Source: Klebsormidium nitens
Taxonomy: Eukaryota; Plantae; Klebsormidiophyceae
Assembly: GCA_000708835.1 (NCBI GenBank)
Contig: DF237295.1
Span: 35,633 to 99,632 of the forward strand
Direction: 5' to 3'
Length of the DNA: 64,000 nucleotides
The notes under the pieces were generated by a model, which searched no databases, was not told where the DNA came from, and was given only the letters and a program-made list of their open reading frames with translations. Made by a program: the position numbers and the translations under genes. Shown piece after piece: positions 10,301-22,100 of the stretch. Position 1 is the first letter of the stretch. Each line of letters begins with the position of its first letter.

Positions 10301-13300
10301 CTACAGACCTGCCGGAATGTCTACACTGTCCCCACGCGATAGTGCCAACCGCTTCTGCTCTGTCGCCGTGATTTGCTCCGGCGGACCCCTCTTTGATATC
10401 GACCGTGCCACCGAAGAGCCCTTCTTCAACCATGACGAGATCGTGAAGGCGGGGCTCGGGGCGTCCGCCTCAAAGAACACATACCAGATGAGGAAGATAT
10501 AGCTTATGTAGCCAGGGATGGAGCCAATCAGCGTGAAGATGATTGCCACCAGGTTCTTCTCCCGCAGCGTGACCTCGTCATAGCTTATGCTGGCCGCCAG
10601 GACAACAGCGCCGAAATTGGCAGTCGCGGCCTGCGCGGCCGGGATGTTGTGGAGTGACGCAATGCCGGCGGTCACGTTGGGAAGAGGGGTCGTGGTAAGA
10701 GCGCCAAAGATGGGGTACTTCACAATCTGTGAAGAGAGCAAGCGTCAAGGCGGTGAATTATCCGGAATCCTCGGTATTTGCTGCGGCATCAACTATTCTT
10801 GACAGGGTAATTGTTAAGGATAAAGAAATCTATGTTACTTTCGTGACCAATGAGCCGCAAACTTGAAAACCCGAAGCAGAAATCCTGCATAATGGTGTCC
10901 TGTCTACACATTCTTGAGAGTTCCCAGCTTCGATCTTCTCAAGGCTCCAAGTGGATCCAATTGCGCAGTGACATCAAAGTCCCGAAACCTTGTTTCAGAA
11001 AGCTTCGCCTGGCAGATGCTATTCAATCCCTAGCGCAAGTTCCGAGGAAACAACTGACTGCATCTTGAGCCCTCATTCCGATAAGCCCTAACGAAAAGGA
11101 TGAGACCTCAAAGTTTAGAAAGTCTGCTGGTACAAGTGAATCTCACTTGGAATTACAGAAGCACTGCGGCACAACCCTGATCGTCAATGAAAGTATTCCG
11201 CAGGGTCGCAATTCTGAGTTGCGGAGACATCAACGCCCCGTAGATATTGCCAGGTGACAGAGGCTAAGACCCTCCCCATCTTTCGCTGGATTTTCCGGTT
11301 TCCAGGATCCCCACAGCTGAAGCCGTAAAAGTCTCTGCCAACAAAGTTCATTCGCAGATGTCGCACGAACACGAGTTGGCAATACATCAAGTTGGAAGGA
11401 AGAACCGGCTTACACTGTGGCCATCTGCAAAGATCCGGTTGGTCTTCTGCATCTGGATCGTGGTGCGTGCAAACGGCTGGAGGAACGTCGCGCCCTCCTC
11501 AAACTTCTCCACGCTGTCGGCCTCCTCGAAGATCTCCTTGAAGTCGCGCAGAAAGCCGTTGTTCGCAATCAGCTTGGGACCGCCGAAGTCGGTGAAGTAC
11601 ACGTTCATCCCCACTGCATATACGTGCAAAGCACAGCTATTCACAGACTACGGTATACACGTTCTTCTCAGCTGCTTTCGAGATTCTTAAACCTTGTGCA
11701 AGGAGCGTTGCTCAAATTGTCCTAACATTCAGCGTTTCTGACGGGAAGGACGACGCAAACAAACGGCATCCGAGTAGCTACTAGACAACGAAACATGGAT
11801 GATTTGTTTGAATGGTAGAGTCCAGCACAGACTTTAGGCTGACAAGGAAACCACAGCCGTTGTGTGCTCTATCCCCGAACAAACAGCAGTAGCCACTAGC
11901 CTTACAACACAGTACAAGCGGGAGGGGTTTCGAAACTTCTGAATGCCAGCCGGTAAAGCAAAGCCTGCGAAAAGGAAGGCTGCAGGCCATCCTGCTAAAC
12001 CGCAAGCGTGTTTAGGCATGAGAGGCAAGTGCGTGAGGGGCAAATCGACGCCGGCTTTACAGCTGGATATCGGGCCTAACCATGTGCGCTGGGAAGAGGA
12101 CAAATGAAAGAGGAAAGAGGAAAGGCGCCAGTCGCTCAAAGCGATGAACCTCTGCTGCAGCGCACGGAGGCTGTCCTCGGGTACCTGACGGGAACGAGGC
12201 CGAAAGTGGCACCAGTCTGTCGCCGGAAAGAAACCTTATCAAGAGCGCTGGGAAATAGAGAAGCCGGACCACCGAAGAAAGAGCTCGAATCGCTCACGGC
12301 CAATGAAGCTCTGCTGTAGCGCACTGAGGCCGCTCTGGTAAGTCGACCTTGGGTACATGACATAAACCTGCCCCTCCCAGGGAATGTCGGTGGGGCCCTG
12401 CGGGTTCAGCTTGAAGGACACGCACTGCGTCGCCCGCGGCCCTTTGAGCTGCCGGTTCATAATCTGGGAAGGGAAGCGGGAATCAGGCTTAAATTGTAGA
12501 TACAAGCAACAATTCAGGTTCTTTTGATATTTGAACACCCGGTGCTTTCAGCGCTTTCCACAGTGCGCAAACAGTCCCAGACACAGAATGACAAACAGAC
12601 TGAGTACATTAAGATAGCAAGCGAAGGAATCGGTGTCAGGTTTGTTACTGATAGTAAGGTCGAGGCCTTGTCCGGATGCGCTTGGTAGAGCTTTATAAGA
12701 AGTAATCAGGCAGAATCATGACAAAAATACACGGGCTGCTTGCTCACGGTCACTTTTTGTTCTGTCAAACCTGCAAGTAGTAGGCCCCTCAGTAAGGGGC
12801 ACTCACCTGTATACTCAACAGTTTCGATTGTTTATCATTTCAACTCCTCAAAGAATACACAACGCCAATGGGACCGGCGCTGCCTGATGAAGAAGGCTTC
12901 TGGAATACACATCGTAAAGGATACGACCACGAAAGGGCTTAATGCAGAAGTCCACTGCCCAACCCTGCTTCTCACCCCTGAAATAACTTACCTGCACCGT
13001 GACAACCTCAGGCACACAGAATGTATCAGTGCGCGCACTCGCCCCCGCATTGTTGCTCTGCAGCACGAGCTCCGGGCTCCCAACATCGTCCCCACAGCCT
13101 ACGTAGATGTTGCCGGTCAGATTGTACGTATCGGGGTTACTGCTGCATATGTAGATGTATGGCAAGAACGGCAGTTTCGACTGGATGGTCTCCTCCACTA
13201 TGTGATTCTTCACGAGGTTCACGACCTGCGAAGGAGAAAGAGCCAGGACAGGTTGGTGATTCCTGCTGTGGTGTTGGCGTGGCAAATCAGAAGTTTCAAT

Positions 13301-14740
13301 GTGGAAACCCCTACATGGGAGGATGGTCATTCGGACGGCGCCCGTGCTGTGATCGACTTGACAAGACCTCTGCCCTCCAGCAGTCTTATGAGTCAATGAG
13401 CATAATCTGATCGACATATTCCTGCGGAGAAGTCAAACCGAGCAGAGGCCACTTAGTCTTGATTGAGTGAGGGCAGGAAATCTGATCGGTGTCCACACTT
13501 CATGACTCAAACTCTTGAGTTACTTAGTGGGATGATTTGCTGACAGCATTTCCCTCTGTTTGTGCACCCTTCAACCTGCACAACACTGATGCAATTCTTG
13601 AAACAACATTGCCGGCGCTTGTACGATCTGGTGCAGTGGCAACTGCTTCTGAAAAACCTGAAAAGGGAGGGTTTAAGCACTCCATCTGGATGACATCATC
13701 TGTGCACATAACCCTCATTTGGGAAAACCACCTGTTGCTCATCAAGCTGTTCTTGGATAAGGTAGAGTAAAAACTTTTTTTGGGACGATTAGGCCTATCA
13801 ATACCACACCAGCCGCACCGTCAACCCCTTTTTGTCTACCTTTGTCTTGGTGAACTGGTTTGAACATCCTTCTCTGCCAACTCTCCGCCAACTCTTACAG
13901 GTTTCATTGATGTACGGCTCACAATGAAGCCCTCACAACAATCCTCTGACCTAATATGCCATGACTTCATCAACATGTTCTTCAATTTGTAGAACCATCA
14001 CCTGGCATGGGACGCACAAAAGTGTACATGACAACTGGGTGGGAACGGCAGACTGATGCTGGCTTAAGGGTGGTAGTGACAAACTCTACGGTTTGAAAGA
14101 AAGCAAGTTGACTGCTCCACCATGGCTGGTGCTTCAAAGTTTCTGAACATGATCTTGCAGCATTCAAATATGAGAACTCTATACTAGAATGTTGCCTCCT
14201 GTCACTCTCAAGGAAGTGCTTGCAGAAAGTCCATGATGCTTGTTTCTGAAGCTGGCGTGCAAACAAGCTGGATAAGAGATCCGGATAGATTCGGTTTGCA
14301 TTGGAAAATTTTGTTCGCAATGAGGACTTGAACCGGAAGGAAACAACCATCTCATCATCCAAAGAATTAGGGACAGGCTAACGGCATTGCGGAAGATGTC
14401 TGAAAAAGAAGTTCAATGACAGCGTAAAGATGACAAAGATAACCATTGATGCTAACACGGGGTTTGGAACCGATGCACGTTGAAATGTCATAGCAATCCT
14501 GGCCCTTAATGAAATTCATGAAAGTTTACTCAAAGCCAGAAAGGCAAGTATGTAGAACACAGATATCAGAACTGCTGAAAGAAACTTAGGCAAAGCGAAA
14601 GAAGTTTGACTCACCGAAATGACAGAGAGGACCGTCACAATAAGAGCACCAACAACCAGGGTACCGAAGAGGCAAAACCCAAACTTCCTGTAAGTTTTTT
14701 GAACCTTAAATGGGTTTGGAAACTCGCCAGCTGAAGACAT
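10301..14740 (-). CDS. Two-transmembrane protein with large cysteine-containing loop; candidate PAC(TMEM206)/DEG-ENaC-like trimeric ion channel (about 383 aa, 5 exons)
   Basis: Exons 14615-14740, 12992-13225, 12298-12463, 11414-11613, 10301-10726 are all GT-AG and in phase. TM1 FGFCLFGTLVVGALIVTVLSVISVV; loop motifs KLPFLPYIYICSSNP and RTTIQMQKTNRIFADGHSIVKY; TM2 region SISYDEVTLREKNLVAIIFTLIGSIPGYISYIFLIWYVFF. The gene model is well supported; the product call is inference. Confidence 0.75.
12130..12190 (-). repeat. Degenerate copy of the 3' end of channel-gene exon 3 in the following intron
   Basis: Exon end (minus strand) cagagcggcctcagtgcgctacagcagagcttcattggcc|gtgagcga versus intronic cgaggacagcctccgtgcgctgcagcagaggttcatcgctttgagcga, about 165 bp downstream. 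The donor GT is lost in the copy. Confidence 0.75.
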
Positions 14741-15079
14741 CTTTTCCCCGTTTTGTTGTATATGTGACAGAGGTACCAACAGAGCTGATGTAAATACCCT
14801 AATGGAACCCAGGCAACTGAACGCTTCCAAGCCCTGCCAACGAGCCCCGCAGAACTTTGTCGGGCTGGGAGAATCCTGGCACTACCAAATGCCTTTACAT
14901 TCCCCAATTACGTTACGAAGTTCCTTCGAACAGCTTGCACCAAGTCCTGAAGTCGTGTGCAAGCGAGCACCTTTGCAGTTGACTTCAAACAACGCTTACA
15001 ATAGGTAGCTAGAAGTTGATAACAAAATAAAGGGCAGCAGAGGCAAGGCATCAGGTAAGATTAAATGCAGACTGAGAAA

Positions 15080-15734
15080 NNNNNNNNNNNNNNNNNNNNN
15101 NNNNNNNNNNNNNNNNNNNNNNNNNNNNNNNNNNNNNNNNNNNNNNNNNNNNNNNNNNNNNNNNNNNNNNNNNNNNNNNNNNNNNNNNNNNNNNNNNNNN
15201 NNNNNNNNNNNNNNNNNNNNNNNNNNNNNNNNNNNNNNNNNNNNNNNNNNNNNNNNNNNNNNNNNNNNNNNNNNNNNNNNNNNNNNNNNNNNNNNNNNNN
15301 NNNNNNNNNNNNNNNNNNNNNNNNNNNNNNNNNNNNNNNNNNNNNNNNNNNNNNNNNNNNNNNNNNNNNNNNNNNNNNNNNNNNNNNNNNNNNNNNNNNN
15401 NNNNNNNNNNNNNNNNNNNNNNNNNNNNNNNNNNNNNNNNNNNNNNNNNNNNNNNNNNNNNNNNNNNNNNNNNNNNNNNNNNNNNNNNNNNNNNNNNNNN
15501 NNNNNNNNNNNNNNNNNNNNNNNNNNNNNNNNNNNNNNNNNNNNNNNNNNNNNNNNNNNNNNNNNNNNNNNNNNNNNNNNNNNNNNNNNNNNNNNNNNNN
15601 NNNNNNNNNNNNNNNNNNNNNNNNNNNNNNNNNNNNNNNNNNNNNNNNNNNNNNNNNNNNNNNNNNNNNNNNNNNNNNNNNNNNNNNNNNNNNNNNNNNN
15701 NNNNNNNNNNNNNNNNNNNNNNNNNNNNNNNNNN
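15080..15734. other. Assembly gap (N run)
   Basis: Run of N between the divergent channel-like and EDR2-like genes. Confidence 1.
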
Positions 15735-16169
15735 TGCAGAAGCAGTGCAGAAGCTGCACAGCTCGCTGAAATGTCAACAGTGTTGACATCAACAGTACAG
15801 CTGATTGACTTTCGCAGGAACTGCGTTCGATGCCATCGACGGCTGAGCTATCGAAACAGCGTAATGGAATGGACGGCAGCAGCTCTCGCATTGCCATCCA
15901 TATACATGTGCATCTCGCCCTTCCTAGTTGTCCAATATCACAACAATCAATGCGAGAGCACGTCATCATTTGCAATGCCAATGGTGGCATTGTGTACATT
16001 ACATTTCTCGGGAACTCCCTCGCATGGTGGCATGCCTCTCTATAATCTCCGCCTCCAAATTCTGACTTTCTTCTGGCTTCGCAAGAAACATCAAAGAGAA
16101 GAAGACCTCGCTGCGGAATGCCTCCGCTGTAATCATCAGGTTGTGGTGGTGGAAGAAGTTGAATAGCCA

Positions 16170-19100
16170 ATGGGGCTCTCGCGTCTGCGGACGACAGGGT
16201 GGCTTATGCACTTTGGTGAGAACAAAAATGGAAAAAGATACTGCAACCCGAGGTGAGCATGTGTTCTGTTGAGCTCCTCATAACGTAAGAAGCTTCTTGC
16301 TTGAGTGACGCAACAAATCCTTGGGAAGGATCGGATGCAACAATTCAGCACCTCGGATCAAGACAAAGTGTGCGTCGCAGCTGCTTTGGTTAAGAAGATT
16401 TCTTTTGCTGTGTTACAAGTAACTTCAAATGATACTACCAGTAATCAGCGCCACCATCATCGGATAAGTTTGATTGTTCAAGATTGAAGGGTGTTCACCA
16501 AGCTTGCCAAGGTTTTCTGTTCTTGTTACTGAACTTATGGCCTAATCATAAGAACCAAGCATCTGGACATTGGGAGTCAATACCTTGTATAAGTTCTTAC
16601 TGCAATGACAGGGATGTGAGTGATTCCTGAGGTGCAAGCAGTTCGTTTCTCAGGACAAACATCGAACTCTCAAAAAGAAACGCGAACAAGTGACTATCTG
16701 CCGGTGGTTTGGAAACAACGTCAAGGTATTCAAAGCCTGTGATGGCGGCGGAAGCGCAAAGTCCATTGTACCACAGTTTCAGGAAGTTTGAAAAGAGCAA
16801 GTGCCTTTCTTGAAAGTGGCTTTCCGCATAAACACATCCTTCCTTGTCCAGGTTTGTAGTTCTGGAAGGGAGGTCACTTTCAATCTACAATGAAGACCCC
16901 GAGCAGGCACATGATGAGGTGCACAAACCTCTTTTCTCAAATTCTTCTTTACCTTATAAAGATCTGCGATGCTTCTCATAATCGTTCTTACTGATATCAA
17001 TAACAGGCACCAGATTTTCTTTCGCTTTTATGTGCAAGGATGTGTAGTCCTTCTACGCAGTTTCTCAGGTCTGAGTTAAGCCTGGGCAACAGGACCTTCA
17101 GTCCCGTGCTTAAAGCACCTTCAGGAACATCTTCATGTTTGAAGCCTTCTGAAACCTCTGACATGTTTCCAACTGGTTTCCAGAACAGCTATTTTCACTT
17201 GAGAACCCGCGTTGACATTGTGCAAAAGAGTCTTACTTGGCAGACAAGAAGCCTGTTCTTTCACTGTGCAGAAGCCGCTCTTCCATGGCAACATGGGCCC
17301 ATACACCCGCTGGGAAGAGCTTGGCAGGCAGGTGGTGGACGGCCACTGCCTGTATGGCTTGCGGCTCTACAGTGCTGTCAACCATGCCATCAACGGACAG
17401 GTACTTTTCATGATTCAATGTGATCACCATCAGTCGGCGCCTGAGAGGCTGCGCAGTAGAAGGACAAGCCTGATTACCTACATGTTTTTGCCTGCTTTGT
17501 GACTGCAAACTGAGACGTCAGATCAAAGCAGACTGCCTAGCTGCAACCTAACAGAGATTGCCGATTGCCTGCATCATCCATCTCGGTGCTCCAATCCACT
17601 GCACCTGAACACCACTACCAATCAAGAAGCACCCAATCACGAACCTTGAAGTGGCACCACACTATATGATTAAAAACCGGCCAGTGCTAGACGAAGAAGT
17701 TGTGCTCCTTGTTGCAGCTTGGGGCTGGCTCCGTGGAAGAAGTCTCGAAATGGCTGAATGCTCTGGAGCATGCGCGAGACATTGTAAGCGTTTCTTCATG
17801 CTTCTCCATCCGCCTTCCCCTCTTGCCAAGGAACCGAACCGCAATTTGTATCCAGGATTAACCTGTGCGCCCGCTCACAGTTACATAACAATGTTCTCAG
17901 TGAGGGGGTTTCCTTTCCTACTCTGGAGAGAGAAGAGGGTTTTGACAAGCCTTGTGGTGGAGGGAACTCTCTACGCTGCCCCTCTCTGGAAACACGATGT
18001 TATGAAGTCGTTGGTTCTCTTCCGAAGTCCCAGAAAAGAAAGTTTGACCCAGTCTGAAGTTCCAGAGAAGAGTTTCTATTCAGTCAAGTACATCACTTGC
18101 TGAAAGGAGTTTCTATTTGTGATCGATTCCTATTCCAATCATCGTCTAGCAACGAACAAGAATGTGTCGTACCGGATATTGAGGCACTTGGAACGTCCCT
18201 GTCCTTGCAGGCTATACAGTCGGCTAAAGATGCGGAGGCTCGTGAAGAGCAGTAAGACACCCTTCACACTGCCCATTCAATAGTCTGCTTTCTGTCTCCT
18301 TGGCAACACGGATATCTCATTGTAGTTGTAGTCCTATTATATCTCACGACTATCACTTTGGTTCGTTCTTCAGTTTCAGAACAACTGACTCTTGGCCTGA
18401 CCCGAATGAACGTTCAAAATTTCCATTCCCGATCGGGGTTGAAGAAAAGTAGTGTGACCTTTCTCTGGTCACAGGTTCTGAACGTGTTAGCGAGAATCAG
18501 CGTCGAAATTTTGATGGAAATCAGAGCCCTCTGATCAAAGTTTCATCTGAGGTAGCCATTCAATTCTGGATGAAAGTCGTGAAAGCTTCGCAGTAATCGA
18601 CGGGCGGAACGGGCATAATCGTTCTATCCAAAACTTAACCGCTGTTATGGCCTCCGTGCAGGCTGGTCAGAGAAGACGGAATTGCAGACGACTTCGAAGA
18701 CGGACCGAGAAAGAGCTTGTCGAGGCTAGCCAGCATCGGACTAGGTCAGTAGCACAAACTGAACATGCTGACGGCAAAGTATCACGTCATTTGCAGGCGT
18801 CTTTGACTCCTTCACTCAGCTTTTCCGTCGCCGTTTTACTTGCGGCTCTCTTTAATACCCTTCGTCCAGGCTCCGATTTGAAATTTGCAGTAATTAGCTT
18901 GATAAAAGCTACAATACGCACGTTAGGTGCTTCTTTTCAAGACGGACATGTTGATGGCACTTCCAACGAGGATGCCTGAAAAACAATCAAGAATCTGAAC
19001 GTGGCAAGTCATGTTGTATTATCGAAAACGCACTATTCTGCCAAGTACTTCGTTCGTCGACTCATTTTACATTACCTCTTCGTGCTTTCATTCTTTTGGA

Positions 19101-22100
19101 TTCTTTTCAAAGTCACGAACGTTTGACGAGATAAGTGCATATCTTGAAGAGGTTGCACTTCGTATAGGCGTGCCAGCAGTTTTCAAGAACCAAGCGATTA
19201 TCGAGGGCCTCCAAGAGGCGGGCTTCGACATCGGTGACGCCTTTTCTGGCGGGGACTGGCGCCTCCTCAAACTCGAAAACGGTGAGGAGTCGATCGACGC
19301 CATCTCTAGTAAAGGAACTACGGAGTCGCTTAAAACGTGTCGGAAAGGCCATAGAAGGTCGCTTGTCGATTGGCATTGTTCTTTCATTGCCAGGTCCTCG
19401 ATCGGCTGTCTTTGAATGATCCTTTTAGGTTGCTCTTTTCGGAAACCTACTCGGTCAATCCAATGACGTGATCCAAACTCTCCGGCAGGTTTGCGAATCT
19501 ACCAGGATGACTCGGATTTGAAGGTGGGGAGCTCCCTCTTGCAGCCTTTTGCTTCTTTGCCTCCCTCATCGTACATCCTATTCAGAGCAAGTGTTCGGCT
19601 CTCAGATGCGCAATACATGAGGCGCAACAGGGCGGTAAATTACTCCTGTTCTGAATTCAGAGCAAGCGTCACAAACACTGGTGGACATGAAGTCTTGTCG
19701 AGCCCCTTGCATCATTGCTGGTTCGCCAAATCGTGCGACTGTCTATCTTCAATTTGTACAGATAGCGATATTGCCATCAAGTCCACGAAGAAAGGATCAA
19801 CCTGCAGATATGCGTTCCCTTCTTCTTCTCTGCAGTCGACGCATCCGGTGCTGAAGGCCGTAGGTGTGATCGAAGCGCCCGCTGAGAACATTTTTCAGTT
19901 GGCGATGAGCTTGGGTAAGAGGACGCACAAGTGAGTAAGCACTCCAGTCGGCAGCAATTGCCCTTGTCACACACATTGCTGAAAACTAGAGGCTGATCGC
20001 TTTCCGAGCAGCCGCTGCTGTTTCGAACAAATTTTTGACCTGTGCCATGCTCGATCTCGAGGCCTTCATGAATGCATACAAGCAGCGACACCTCTCGTAC
20101 TAAAACCTGCTGGTTTCAGCGCCTTGCCTGAGTTGCGTCCTGCTCTTTTTGAGTAGAGAGCCTGGACTTGTGGTATCAGTAAAGTGCCAAGTCTCTTAGA
20201 TGCGCATCCAAAAGGTGACTCGGCTTGCTCATGGTTGCTAATTACGTGCACCTGTCAGTTTGTAAGCCTATCTTCAGGGCCAACATAGACGACAATCCCG
20301 AGTTCGTCTTGCGTCAAAACGAAATCGTCGATGATGCATCAAATCGCTTTTCAGAGTCCACTCCTACCACTTATGAGCCATTTGTAAGATTCTGTTGGGA
20401 TCTAAGTTCTGGCGCTCTTCGTACGCTCAAACCCGTTGACGGTCACATCCTAAAATTGCTTTTCTCAATCTCTGTCTCATTTCTGAAAACTTTAGAGGAT
20501 TTTGAAGATTTTTTTCCTTTCCAGCTTTGACCCAGTCTTGAGGGACTGGAGCTCTGTCGAGATCATCGACGGGCACACGGACGTTGTGCACGCCGTCATG
20601 GAGCCCAAAATCTTCCCGCCCCTCCTTCAACACGTGACTTCTGCCTCGCGCGGTATTGGCGAAGAGACCCTGACGGGGCGTACGGTAAGGAAGCGGAGTC
20701 TGATCTAATTTTTGGGGCTCAGCCCTTCCTGACTGGAGCTTGGAGCAGTACGTATGTGCGTCCTTAGGTTTATACCGCGTCGGATGTTCTGCCTTGAGGT
20801 TTGATTTCAGCGGTGGAGTGGTGGTCTCAAGTTTAAAATATTGCATGGCTCAAGGCAACGTCTTTAAAAAATGGAGAACAGCTCTCCTGAGAGTCGAAGT
20901 CCCGGTTAGTCAACTGTAGACTTCTTTGGCTATAACCCAGGTAAGTGAAAAGCGCAGTCGAATCCGGGATGTCAGATTCTAAATCGATGGAAGGTGACTA
21001 CCTGCGGCTTGTTTACAACTCGGCTCTCGGAGCACTTGTCCGATGGATTCGAAGCTGCTAATACTGACCGGATGCTTTGCTTCTTGTGCAGCAATCCTGT
21101 ACCATTCCGTAGAAAACGACAAATGCAAGCCGGGAAAGGACTTCGTCCGCTGCAAAGAAGTCTCCAGTAAGTCTCGACTTCCTTTTGCGTCCTCCATCCA
21201 TGCCTGTCAAAAGTTTTGGCGAGATTTGTGGTTTCTGGAGACCCAGCTTAAGCTCCTGGGTCTGACTCACATCAATCGAGCAGGATTGACGAGCGGAAGC
21301 AATGATAGAAACGAAAAATCTGGTCTAGATACTTTTCCCTGGCAGCTTCGAGCTTCTCTGCCGATCACGAAAGTGATAACGAGTCCTCCCGCGACTCCCT
21401 GCTTGGGGCCTTATTCAGGAAAGGAACCGTTTTTTCGAAATTCCGAGCGGAAGCAACGATAGGAACGGAAAATCTGGTAGATACTTTTCCCTGTCAGCTT
21501 CGAGCTTCTCTGCCAATCACAAGAGTGAAAACGATTCCTCCCGCGACTCCCTGCTTGGGGCGTCAACCATAAAAGGAACCGATTTTTTAAACTCCGCTTG
21601 TTCCTCCCCTCTGTGCAGTCCTCAGTTGGGAGATCACTCCGCTCCCCCCCCACCCTGTTACAAACGAGCCCCGGTCGCTGTGCGAGCATCTGGTGGGCAT
21701 CGACCTTCTGGGCTGGAAGGCGAGGTTCTACAAGAAGTTCGGAGCGGAGGCGCAAATGCGCCTACTGACCAGAGTGGCCGGTGAGAATCCGCTCTCGATT
21801 TTGGCCTGTTTTCATACTGGTTTTCTGGAGGGGAGACGGAAGTCCGAGAATTTATAGGGGCAGAATTGAAAGCGGGGTCCAGGTTTTGAAGGTAGGAAGC
21901 TTCCTGGAGCAACCCGCCCAATCGCAGACTGTTTGCCGGACATGTTTCTACTCACGAGAACCTTCCAATCAGCTGGAAGGTTAGGGAAACCCATCCTTCA
22001 GCCAAGCAGACGGCAAGCCAGGTCCACCGAAGTCTTCTAACGGAGTGAATGGTACACAACACTGCCCCCGTTGGCGAGGCGTCGTATCAAGATGGCAAAA

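Noticed and set aside
13500-14400. 126-aa ORF and AT-richer block in intron 1 of the channel-like gene as a transposon remnant
   Set aside because: No transposase, RT or other motif recognised and no terminal repeats seen.
15061-16170. Long ORFs of 369 and 234 aa in the track
   Set aside because: They are artefacts of translation through the N gap; the flanking real residues show no recognisable family.
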